A stretch of 64,000 nucleotides of DNA, taken from contig NC_134029.1 in assembly GCF_964204645.1 (NCBI RefSeq), positions 13,356,850 through 13,420,849 on the forward strand, given 5' to 3'. Below are positions 12,780 through 25,358 of this stretch, piece by piece. The notes beneath the pieces were generated by a model. The model saw nothing but the letters and a program-made list of their open reading frames with translations, had not been told where the DNA came from and made no database searches. Origin of the DNA: Tubulanus polymorphus. Lineage: Eukaryota; Animalia; Nemertea. The translations under genes were made by a program, and so were the position numbers. Position 1 is the first letter of the stretch. Every line of letters begins with the position of its first letter.

Positions 12780-13371
12780 CTCTTTTACACTTTTCTTCTT
12801 TTAAATGTCTGGCTAATATCTTTTCTTTTGTCTGGCTTCTATCTTTTTTTCTCTGGATTATATCTTTTCTTGTCTGGCTTATATCTTTCTCGTTTTGTCT
12901 GGCTTAATCTTTCTTTACTTTCTCTCTACAAGTCTTACAGGACTAGTAAACAATAAGTATCATCAAATGAAATCACAAAATAGCAATTCAAATTAACACA
13001 ATACGTACATCAATTTTCAGATAGTTTCCACATCAACGTTATTTTTTTATCACCACTGGAAATCCAATCTGAAAAAGAAAGAAAAGAATGAAATCAATAG
13101 AGGAACACAAGCTAATGGAAACTGTAATATTTCTTTACACCCTAAAAATCATATAGCTTTAGACTCCTTGGAATCATTAACACTAAACATAATTGTCAGA
13201 AAAAAAGGCTTTTTGGCAATAATCTTAACTTAATTAGTATCGAAATAATGAAGCTATCAGCGCCGTTTATTGGCCACATATACAACTACGTTGTACTGTG
13301 GGCAATTGAAAAACATCACATCTAAAGAGTAAAATGGCAAAACTGTTATTTCATATGGAGTGCACTCCATT

Positions 13372-13431
13372 TGTGTGTGTGTGTGTGTGTGTGGTGTGCG
13401 TGTGCGTGCGCGTGCGCGTGCGTGTGTGTGT
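13372..13431 (+). repeat. (GT)n/(GC)n microsatellite
   Basis: Alternating purine-pyrimidine tract read directly. Confidence 0.95.
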
Positions 13432-14699
13432 TTCAAATCAATATCTAAAGATTATTATCAGAATGTGACTGCCTTGTCAGTAAATTTTGACAGCTAAGCT
13501 ACCACTAGCGCCATCTATCGAAAATAAATTGAAGCTTTGCCTTTTAGCCAGCTTATAGAGGCAATATCATGCATTTTGGCTTCGCTTATTTTGTGACTAA
13601 AAAAAACCCTCATCAACTTTTGATATTTGAGGTGACGGTAAACTGATACATAAATTCCATAGGCCTAATTTAGTCACACGGCTCAAAATCACCTGTGCCC
13701 GTGTGGCGGCCATGAATTGAAAATGATTGTTTGTTTGACGGGAATAACAAAATTTCTTATTGTTTCTTCTTTATATTTTCTGCATCCTTTATGTTCTAAA
13801 ATCCATACGAATCCTTTTTGGAAGTTCGAATCTCAAGTTTGATACTTTGTTCTCAAAAGAAATGTGAAATAAAATGCTTATAATAGGATAATTCACAGGG
13901 ATTTATTACAATTGATAGTGAATGAATAAAACCAATATCAATGCAGCGGCGTAGCTACCGGTGCAGTTGGTCCGACATATGACGCGTGACGGACCAATAA
14001 TTACCAAGGTTTGATTCGTTCAAATTTGCATTAAAACATTTGGAGGGGGGTTAGGTTGTTAGGATTTGATTTTTCTCGAAGTTATGGGAGAAATTATTTT
14101 CGCATTGCCTGATTGCGGCATTTCATCATTTATCGCAACTAACTGATCTCATTATATGTATCTATGATTTGGATATTGTCGGAGCCATCCTTTTCATTGA
14201 CACCAGACATAGATCGGACCGCGCGTGGCAGCAGTCTTGAGAGTCTTATTTTGTCATTAGTCAATCAGATGCCCCAAGAACCCCTTGAAATTTTCTTGGG
14301 GGAGGACCCCCAAACCGCCCCTAAGTCATTGATACTGGTTTTATTCAATAACTATCATAATTGTGACAAGTCCCTGTGGATAATTGTAGAGAAAAACAAA
14401 CATAACATGGACTCACCTGAGCAGATGATGGCTGTGGTTCATTCACTACTGTTTGGGTTTGAATTCAATTCAATCAAATTATTTTTATTGACAGCTTTAA
14501 GGTTACACAAAATAAATCAATCGCCGATCAAATTTGCATATACAATTTAAACATTGAATCATATTTAACGCAATTAAAATAGGACAATATAACCTCGTTC
14601 AGATAATAAACAAAATTTCAATTTTGGGAAAATATAGCAAATTCGAATTAAATCAAACTTTATTTCATTTTAAAATGGAATAAATATTTGATGTAAAAA

Positions 14700-16204
14700 T
14701 CTTATTGATTTCTATATACCTGATAAATGATACACAAACTTCCTGGATTTCTATATACCTGATAAATGATACACAAACTTCCTGGTTTGGGTATAATGTG
14801 AGATGGGGAAGATCGTGGGATAAATCGAAAATACCTGTCCCCATGTATTAAAGATCCCTCTTCATAATATAACCTCCACAAATTGCAATGAAAATGCCAA
14901 ACCATTAGGAAGCTACAGGACTCAGAATTTGGACCAAAATTGACATTTTTTGGCACAAAAAGGTCACAGGACAGCCATTTTGAGTCCGATCGACCCAATT
15001 TTCTTCACGCTGATGGGCCCTTGGGGGATACAAATGTATAAAAATGATAAAGGTAATTGATAAAAGCGATAATTGATAAAAGCTTTCCAATTGATTGTGG
15101 TAGCAAAATATGCATAGGTACGAATATAATATAGAATTACTAAGTTATTCTATTGTTCAACGCCCCCTGGTGGCCATATACAAAAACCAATGAGCTTGAA
15201 ACTCGCCTCAATCATAGAACATGTTATGAGCTACAACTTTCCAATTGATTGTGGTAGCAAAATATGCATAAGTACGAATATAGAAATACTAAGTTATTGT
15301 ATCATTCAACGCCTCCTGGTGGCCATATAGAAAAACCAATGAGCTTGAAACTCACCAAGATCATACACCATGTCATGAGCTACAACTTTCCAATTGATTG
15401 TGGTAGCAAAATATGCAAAGGTACCAATATAATATAGAAATACTAAGTTATTACATTGTTCAACGCACCCTGGTGGCCATATACAAAGACCAATGACCTT
15501 AAAACTCAACATGATCATAAACCATGTCATGAGCGTCAACTTCCCAATTAATTGTGGTAGCAAAATATGCTCTAGTATCAATATGATGGTGAAATACTTT
15601 TTACCACCTACGAATGAGTACTGATGACCCCAAGATGGCCGCCAATTGCGTCATAATTGCCTGATCAAAAATACCTTCTCCGGTATAAAAGATCCCTTTC
15701 CAAAGAATACCCATCACAAATTGCAATGAAAAATGGCAAACAATAAGGAAGCTACAGGACTCAGAATTCAGGCCAAAATTGACATTTTTGGGAACAAAAA
15801 AGGTCACAGGACGGCCATCTTGAGTCTGATCGACCCAATTTTTCTCATGCTGATGGGCCCTTGGGGGATACAAATATATACGAATGATCAAGGTTATTGA
15901 TAAAAGTATCTTCAAAATTTCCCTCGAAAACTTCAAAAATGTGTAAAAAGTGCTGATTTTGGCGAACAACAATGGCTGCCAGCCGGCCATCTTGAATCTG
16001 ACAGGGCCAGTTTTTGGGCTGAAGATGTGTCTAGGGTAGATACATGTAAAAACCAAATATCAAGGCATAACCTTGAAGCGTCTTCATAACTTCCCAAAAT
16101 AACTGGATTCCGTCTACGGACGGACGAACGGACGGACGGACGAACGACGGACGAAAAGTGAACGCAATAGCCCGCTGGGACTAAAGTCCCAAGTGGGCTA
16201 AAAA
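14700..16204 (-). mobile_element. Non-autonomous Helentron-type (HINE/DINE-1-like) element with internal tandem repeats
   Basis: End hairpin tagcccgctgggactaaagtcccaagtgggcta + A-run at 16168-16204, (GGAC)n-like microsatellite 16116-16152, ~150-bp repeats 15083-15570, duplicated block ~14825-15065/15665-15905; second copy at 56558-57040. Left boundary uncertain. Confidence 0.72.
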
Positions 16205-18320
16205 CGTTGTATTCATGTTGCCATTTTGCCATGTTAGGTTTCGGTGATGTTTATACAACGTTTAGTATACAATGTCAAATGTCACTAGAAAACGTTGCAA
16301 CAAAGTTGGAATAAGTTATTTTCACCACACTTAGGGGCTCCTTCACCTCGATGCATACCAAAACAATCACTCCAAAAATATAGGAAAAAATATTTTGATA
16401 GATTTTAATTATAGATTTTTATTATAATTCAAATTGAATCAAAATATTTTCTATTACAAAAAACCAACAAAACATAACTTGAGTAAATAAAATAGTTCAA
16501 GAATTATTTTAGGTAAGTACCTTGAAATATTCTACGCACATGGCAACTAGCCAGCCAACTATTCCATCCTCGCTTGCCAGGGTTTGATTGCCGCCTGCTG
16601 AAGCTCACTCCAACACAAACCCTGGCCGCAAACCCTTCATTGGCCTATTGCATTGCCCACAACTTCATAGGCGCACAGGTTCCCCCTCAGCACCCAGTGG
16701 ATTTAGATATGCGACCCACACAAAAATTTTGTTCAGAGTGAATTTGACTGAGTGAATTATCTATTCATCATGATACCTACCAACAGCTGTTGTTGCTTTG
16801 GAGTCTTGAGTGTCTGGTTAAACAATTGAAGTTCTTCTAATGTGTCCATTTGTTTAACATCCACCATGTCCTCCTCTTGTGCCAGTTCACTAAACATAGT
16901 TCTTGAAAGATTTATGCTTTCCTTAAGCAGTTCAATAATGATCTGCAGTGACCGGTAAATGCTCTGAACTACAAGAAAAAATTAAAACTTAAAAAAATTT
17001 AAAATTTATATTAAAAATAATCAGGGTGAAGCTACATATATATTTAGGGAAATCAAAGAAGCTTTGTTACATCACAAAATTGCAACAATTTACAATTCAA
17101 ATGTGCCTGTTTACAATACAGACAAATGCCATATCTCAGCGTCTATAGTAGCGCTAAATGCGGTATTAATAATACATTAGATAAACACCTCTTGTTTAGA
17201 TAAACTTCCAATAATGTTGTATTAGCGTAGTGTATAGATGATAATTTTCATTAGAAATCTTATAAATGAATATATATTTAACGCAATATCAGTAAATAGA
17301 AATGTTCAACTATGTGTAGCCGAAAAATAAAGCACAAAATAAAGCACCCGGTATTGATGTGTTCGTTTTAACAACAAGAATTGCATTCTCCAATAAAATT
17401 AGTGTAGATGCAATGTTAATGACGTACCTATCGTAAGGCAGTTTGTTTTAACGCATGATCTCACTCAACAAGGCTTGTATAACTGTGGTTGATTGACATA
17501 CTGTATGATTAATCAGTATTCACAAACATATTATAAAATGATGGTTTAGTACATACGTGTATCTGAAGATGTAGCAGGTGGAGCTGGAGCAGGTGGAGTT
17601 GACAGTATTGGATGAGGATTCATTAAACTACGACTAGTTGATGGTTTAGGTGACATCACATCTGGTTGGGAATGTCACCTACTAGTAATGTCTGGTCTTG
17701 TAAATCTTAGTAAACCAGGAGATGACATATCTTCATTTGGTAACAGAGTAGTCCTTGGTACAAGGGGCTGCCTAAGTGATGGTGATTCAGGGCTTGTTGT
17801 TCGTTTAGTTATCGCAAATGGTGATTTATTTCTACTTGTCATCGCATCCATTCGTTTAAGTGATGGTGGTTTTGGTAAGGGGTAGTAGCCGTGCTAAACA
17901 CCGGTGTGAAGGTGACCGAGGCCGCGAGCGAGGGCCGTTGCCGTGTCCGGGCCCGTTAGTGTCCGGGCCCGTTGCCGTGTCCGGGCCTTGCGCCGTTGCC
18001 ATAGCCGAAGCTGGCCGGTTCTCGCGCAGTTGTAGTAGCCGTGTTTTAGTCGATACCCTATTGAGGCGCGCAATTTTCCGTCTGTTGTCTTTTTGATGGT
18101 TTTTTTAGTTTAATATTCCTGATTTAGGTAAGTGGATTTAGTCAGCGTTTTAGTTTCAGTAACTTATAGAATAGTTGAAGTGCAGATCCGCACCTGGCTC
18201 TCGTGATTGACGCCTGCCCTATCGAATTACAAACCAACTCTGACCTCTGTCCTACAACGAGGCCTAGGCGAATTGCCAGCCCAGTGGATTCCTAGTACTA
18301 GTAGGCCTAGAATGTATCTA

Positions 18321-18599
18321 CAGAGTCGTCGGAAGGAATTTTTCAGTGGCGAGGCTTATTTCTGAAGGGTGGTCTGGGGGCCCTCCGCTAGAAAAATTTT
18401 GAAAATTCAATCGCCGGAGATGCGTTTCGGGGCCATTTCACGGTCTCATTCACAGAAGCAAGAGAAGTCGTGAGCCAACCACCTAGAACAGAGAACCACG
18501 AGCTACTACGCGGCACGGCGTGCTTTTGAAAAAATTTTTGTCAAGCAAAAAAGTGGGACGGCTTTGGCCGCTCCTGCCGCCCCTGTTCCGACGGCCCTG
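18321..18599. mobile_element. MITE with CAG-ended terminal inverted repeats (hAT-like)
   Basis: cagagtcgtcggaa ... ttccgacggccctg; no TSD recognised. Confidence 0.55.
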
Positions 18600-19742
18600 A
18601 ACATTAGTCTAGCTAGTAACCCAATGCAGTGATTTATTTTACGAACTGTCTATGTACGGAACTCTGTAAGTTCAATCGTTTCCGGGGGTCTGTGTTTACC
18701 CGATTTCAAGGTCAGCGATGACATCATTGCTGGGCACACGAATTAAATGAGAATAAATAGGCCTAGGGATTCAGACTAGGGTTAAGTGTTGCGTTAGGTT
18801 TTATGTTCCATTTTTTAAAGGTAGCAGTAGGGTTAGGCTTATGTTTGGGATTGTAAAGGTTTGTAGTTCCGTGCCTGGCTTTGCCACGGTGTTACAGTGC
18901 CATCAAATCGCATTCTGCGGGTGCCCTGTTCAGATGCCAGAATACGATTCCAGACTCCCGTACAACCGCAGACAGTTTGTTTAATCTATGATCGGCTAAT
19001 CTCCAATAGAAGGTAGATTTTTGGCCCTGTTTTTATCTCAAGAATGTCACGACCGAACACCGTATTGGTTTTGGTTATCTTAATACAGACTTTTGTCACA
19101 AATACTTAATTGTTAGGATAACAATTATTTATCCGCAAACTGACACGGTAACTAGCCAAATTGTCAGATATCATGGTTAGAATTGATGAGAACATTTTTA
19201 TTTTTCTTTCTCAAATTGAGTGGATGAGTGACGAAACATCATTTCAGCAAATATTTTTAACACATCTGCACATAAGATTTACCAATCCATATGGTGCCCA
19301 GTTTAGAAAAATTATGACAATCTCGAAAAAAACCAGTGCAGCCATGATTATGGCTGCTGTACCCTTATTCTGTGCATTTGAAAAAAAATTCCAAAAGAAC
19401 CATACTAACTTAAACCACAAATCATTTCAATCCATCATCTAAAAAATCAAAAATGTTATTCAGGATTTAGGCTATTGAATAAAAAACTGGCCAGTCCACC
19501 AACGTATATTAATATACGGACTTAAATATGAGCATTAGGGGACACAATGAGGCAATTGGCTCAAGGAAAGTCTACAGAATCTAGGTTTTCTAACTTGGCA
19601 TTTTTATTCAGTTTTTTAGGGTTATTAGATTAGTACTTCCCCAGTGTCATCGAACCGATTTTGAATGCAGAATGTATCCAATTAAAAGGAAACGCTTATC
19701 ATACCAACGTTCATAGGCCTATATGAGATCCATTCGTACGAG

Positions 19743-20637
19743 AAGGGTGGAATCTACACAAACCGTTGACGCACAGACTGATTCTACTTTATTGTTTTAT
19801 GATGAAGAGCGCGATATGTCTCCTGACGAATCTTTGATTTCTTGTCTATCTAGTCCTGATGAAATGGGCCATGATGATGATATAGCACCTCCATTTGTGG
19901 ATTTAACGGAGCCTTGTAGTAATGATTCTGATTCCACTCAGCATGACGATGATAGTGATATTCATTTAGATGGTGAATTTGTTGGTGTTTGGGATTGTAT
20001 TGACCAGTTTAATGATGGTGATCCATCTACATTGAATGAAATAATTATAGCATCCAAAGTAATTTGAATATTCTCAGGTAATCTTTCAACAGTTTTCAAA
20101 ATCTGTGACCCAAGACCCAGATAGACATACTGCATGCCAGATCGCTCAAGCAATGCAACATTAGAAATAGTTTTTAATTATGTTCTGGCTGTTTTTGGCA
20201 GATTTTCATGATATCTCTGCAGCACATTCAGAAGACCATCGACTGCATTATGTTTAACATTGAAAGTATTAACCCATTGCCTTAATTCTTCTGCCAAGCC
20301 ATTCTTTCCTCCATCTCCCTCGTGTTCGTTCTCACTTTCACTCGATGAAGGATTCGGATCACCATCATTAAACTGGTCAATACAATCCCAAACACCAACA
20401 AATTCACCATCTAAATGAATATCACTATCATCGTCATGCTGAGTGGAATCAGAATCATTACTACAAGGCTCCGTTAAATCCACAAATGGAGGTGCAATAT
20501 CATCATCATGGCCCATTTCATCAGGACTAGATTTACAAGAAATCAAAGATTCGTCAGGAGACATATCGCGCTCTTCATCATAAAACAATAAAGTAGAATC
20601 AGTCTGTGCGTCAACGGTTTGTGTAGATTCCACCCTT
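19743..20637. repeat. 282-bp inverted duplication (19743-20024 / 20356-20637)
   Basis: ORFs 19723+ and 20178- share the same acidic peptide; about three mismatches. Confidence 0.93.
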
Positions 20638-20946
20638 AACACATTATTATTCTAAAATGGAATTATTAAATTCATGGAATCAATTGTAAAGCTGAAAAAA
20701 GAAAACGGTTATGCATCGGTCAAAGGAATGATAGATAATTTGTTACTTAGCAGTGCGGGTTTGCATAGAACGTGTGATTCAGCTGTTAGCACTGACCGAG
20801 GCTACAATATTGTAACCTAGGTCGGTTCACTGCACAACTTTTTTTGTAAACACTAACCGAGGCTACAATATTGTAGCCTAGGTCGGTTCACTGCATGACC
20901 TTTGCTTGCGATTACTGGCCTGACCCCAGTCGGTTGTTTTTACAGT
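20025..20946 (-). mobile_element. CACTA/EnSpm-like transposon fragment (terminus and transposase N-terminus)
   Basis: LRQW...LLNVL...LPKTART followed by QYVYLG...FNVDG; minus-strand end reads tACTGTAAAAA at 20946; two ~45-bp subterminal repeats at 20790 and 20851. Confidence 0.6.
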
Positions 20947-23900
20947 ATTTGAAGTACTGGTCAATTGGATGTTACCATAAATAAACAGTATTTTGAAGAT
21001 GTGGTGACAGAGAGAATCTGTTTTTATTTCGTCTTGAGAAGGTCCCACTGTTCGCTATTCTGTGTCAAAATATGAATTGAAATATAAAGGATGGAGTTAG
21101 TTTCCTTTCCCGATACTGTATTTATGCTTTTAATCATGAAGGATAATTATGTTAAAGCAATTATAATGATAACCTACGACAGTTTCAAATTCACGTATTA
21201 GAAAACGACAATTATCCTTAGATTCCAAATTTCATTTGGAAAGCGGCGTTTATGCGCACAATTCCTAAAATGTCAGAATTCCGAAAACTAGGGATTCACA
21301 CGGTTAGAATGTTAACTAAATAAGTTTCGTCCGAGCAAATGATTACTATAAGAAACTAACGGCGAAACTTCACGGGTTGGTGCGGTCTGTGCGCTGCATG
21401 AACGGGTTTTTGGTATCAAATGTAAAATACCGGCCGTGTACATGTTCGGATTTGTACCGATACATTGAGTTTAGTTCAATTTTTTGATCATTATAGTTTA
21501 GGAGTTCTGTGTGACCTCACTGAGCGCGCTGATCAAAAATAGTCTGCACAATGTAAGCATCACATGTTGCTTGGTTTTAAAGGACAGTGTGCTAATTGAC
21601 TATACATGAAAATGGGCTTGACCAAAATTCTCTTCCTGACAGAGGAATGTATAATCGCACTGATATAGCTGTCTTGCTAGGTTGAAAGGTGTTTGAACTT
21701 CGCCGAATTCAGTTAAAATTCAATGAAATACCATAATTAATAAAATCTTATTGACGGAAATTTACCGCTATATTTAAGTTATTTTTCAGTGCGTTTTAAA
21801 ATTACATTGAATTCATCGTTTGAGGTCAATGATGGCGCAAAACAATTTAAATTGAGTCCAGTTGGGAGAATATTCCCTTACTTTAGGGTGATTTAGTATT
21901 TTATGAATCAAGAAATTATTTACAATGGACTTATTTTCCGCTAGCAGCAAAACAACACACTGTTATCTGAACTGTCAATCATTACGTCGTGTCTAGTTTA
22001 ACAAGTAGATATAGACTAAAAAGGATGCGTGGTCCCCACGCGAGAACCAAACAAGACGGTTGTTAGTGGACGTACTCAAGTTGGATGGTCAGGAGTCAAC
22101 AACGGTGTAAATAATTCATAAAAACAGATGTAAGCAGTTGTAAACTTGTGAACAGAGGAAATATCAACATATATACACAATTGTGTCTAACTTTCTCCTG
22201 TCTGGTTTTATGTTAAATACATATTTTGTTTGAATAAATATTCAAATATCGATCCGGAAGAGCAATGCGGCCAACAACATTTTATTTTGAGTTTGAAAAA
22301 ATGACCTGTTGACTCGGTAAGACGGCTGTTCGATTTACCGGGTGCGCACTACTATGTTTTAAATGGCTATGAAAACGGAGTCGAACCAAGAACAGCAATT
22401 AAGCTTGATATCTCGTTTCCCTCACAGATGACATATATCAGAATCAGTTTTCTCAAAATCTGTTTCTTATCGAAGTCCTTGATTCGTGCTTGAATATGTA
22501 CATAAGATTTTACAAATGAACACGAAGATATAACAAGAATTGAGGTCTTGGTTATTCGGTGACAAGTCGAATCGTTTGGAACTAAGAAAAATCCTCAGAC
22601 TTAGAAAAGTCTGACTTAAGTTGAATTTCCGAAAAGTACGACTACTAATTGTTTCTGTTATCGGAAATTAAATCAACATCTACATCTAATGTATCTATTG
22701 ATACGAAACGGTTTTAGGACCGTAGATTGATTGAAAGTTACGGAGAGGGAGGGGTAGCTCTATCGCATTAAAACATTATTGCTCAGTTATACATATGGCA
22801 TTCATCCATTTAGCTCAAACAACAAACACACTTCTGCGCAGAAAAATACCAAGGCTATATATGCTTAATCGTATTTTATTGATACAGACAATAAAATCGC
22901 TGTCCGCGTTTTGTCCCCTTGCTTAAGTCACGTTTGTTATCTAATACAAATTAATAAAGGTCAGCAGAATTTAAGGGCTTTCACCGTTGAGTAGTAGCCT
23001 ATCTGTCATGAGGCCTGATCATGCACATGTGTTATATTAGAAATACAATATAGCTTTTCAATTTTTTAGGCGAAACGTTGCTTTAAATATATTCGCCGCG
23101 TCTTGATTTTCTTGAGGGATTTCTCTTGATTGTTAAAACAATATCAAATCAAAAATATCTCAAAAAGCATGAAACCTAGAAATATGTAGCCAATTTGGAA
23201 TTGGATGAAATGTTCCAATTCAAAATAAGCCATTCGACCCTGTTATCAAACATATCAGTGTTCTTTAAAACACTTGTTAAATATCGGAGGATTTTTAAGC
23301 CGAGCTTCAAACATTTCGATTCCTGAACTAAAATGATTATGTGGCATGTAATTATCCAAGACTATGAATATGTTTTAGGTGACCGTTTAAGGTGTTCCTT
23401 TTATGCGGGAAGGATTTGTTTCAATCGCACTTTTAAGATATCAACAGCTCACTATGAAAAGTAACGGTATCGATTGATCGCTGACAGATTTAGCAGTTAA
23501 AATCGCCACACGTGTTAAATGTTTGCATTGATACAGGCGATTAGAGGGACACATGGCATCCACTGCATATAAAACAGTAGATAGATTTCTGGAGATTTAA
23601 AGTTTGGATGCTCTGATGAACTCTATCAGCTGTTGGTTGGTTAAAGCATAGCAGTGCTAAATTTCTATGGTTAAAGTACATTGCAGGTGACCCAAATGAT
23701 TCGCCTGCTGCCTGGATACTATAAACCTGGTACCTACGAGCATGGACTCTTTTAGATGGATGTCTGGACGTTATAGTACAGTGTTCATGACAATAGAACC
23801 GGGTGACCCGAATTCCCCACCTGCCTGAAAATCTCATAGGGGAGGTAACGCGTATATCTTTGCTGCACACCGATCTCCTTGAAAGGTCAAAATGCTATTT

Positions 23901-23949
23901 TTGTGAAGAACTACACGGGCCTCTCCATCTGATTTAACACAGGGTACAT

Positions 23950-25345
23950 AAATATTTAACTAATACTTTTAAACAAGATTTCTTCAGAATAAAAACTACG
24001 TCCAAATATCTGGCTAAAGTACTCCCCGGCTCTGGGTACTTATTCTGATTCTGATTCTCACATTCGGCACAATATGGATCTTTTAGACTAACTCAAAAAT
24101 CTCAAACCTAATGGCCAAAAATTTATATGTTTCGACGCTATATCCTTGTTCACAAATATACCATTGGAATCAACTCTCAATTTATTAAGAAGAAAACTCC
24201 CGGACTCCAATCTTGATCTCCCGGTTCCTGTAGATTGCTTACTTGAACTTTTGGAGCTCTGTACAACCAATCTATACTTCCAATTCCAAGACAAAATCTA
24301 TGAACAAATTTTCGGTTTCGCTATGGGCAACCCATTATCCCCCATTTAGGCTAATATTTTCCTTGAACATTTTGAATGCGAAATTCTTCCGAAATTACGC
24401 TGGCTCTAAACCTAACTTTTGGATTGGATGTGTTGATGACATTCTGTGCTTTAGTTTCTGATGATTTTGATCTTAACTCTTTTATTGACTTCATCAACTC
24501 TCAATATCCATCTTTGAAATTCACATTTGAATGGGAACAAAATGACCAAATCCCGTTTTTAGATGTTCTAATTCACAATAAATACTCTCATTTGTTTTTT
24601 CAAGGCTTCTTTCTCCGTGCACTGCAGATTTGCGATGAAACCTTCCTTTCGGCTGAATTTGACCACATATCCAACTCGCTTAAAAAATTGGCTTACCCTC
24701 ATTTTGAAAATCGCTATTTCTAAGGCTAAACGTACTTTCTTTTATTCTAAACCTCCAGAAAATAAAAAAACACATTTCAGAATTCATTGTAGTTCCGTAT
24801 GTACCTGTTTTGCAAAAGTTTCGTCACTCTCTCCCTTTATTGGATAGACAAATCATTTAGCAAGACTTTCAATCTAAACCTTTGGACTGCGGAGTTTACA
24901 AAATTCCTCGTTTTGGCTGTGATAAAATGTACTCTGGAGAAACTGGTCGAAATTTAAAAACTCGAATTTCGGAACACAAAAAGGATATAATAAATAAAAA
25001 ACCGGCTAGTGGTGTAGTCAATCATGTTTGGAACACTGGTCATCGTTTTAATTTTGATAAAGCCAAAATAATTTATACTTCCAGCAAATACACTAAACGC
25101 CACACAGTTGAGTCTTCCCTAATTACTCGTCACTCAGATATTAGTACCAATTTAAATAATGGCTTTTCTCCTCACAATTCCCTTCTTTCTAAGTATATTA
25201 CTTCATGCCTTGCCAAACACTAATTAGTTACTCACTCACCAATTTACTCAATTAACCTGTTCTCCTCTTTATATATACCCTTGTTTTAGTCAATATCTCA
25301 CACCTGACGATGATCTCTAGTGTGAGATCGAAACGCCATGTTCTT
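23950..25345 (+). mobile_element. Penelope-like retroelement, 5'-truncated and degraded (RT + GIY-YIG)
   Basis: FDAISLFTNIP, GFAMGNPLSP, VDDI, IPFLDV RT motifs; GVYKIP...YSGETGRNLKTRISEH GIY-YIG motifs; hammerhead motif downstream. Confidence 0.9.
25300..25341 (+). ncRNA. Minimal type I hammerhead ribozyme motif of the Penelope pseudo-LTR (probably inactivated)
   Basis: acac CTGACGA t gatctc tagtgt gagatc GAAA c gcc atgt; cleavage triplet reads GCC whereas the relative near 61524-61560 has GTC followed by gtgt pairing with acac. Confidence 0.75.
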
Positions 25346-25358
25346 ACATTTTAGATTA

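Noticed and set aside
21000-23900. Hidden gene or RNA in the unannotated interval
   Set aside because: No credible ORF, repeat or structure recognised by eye.
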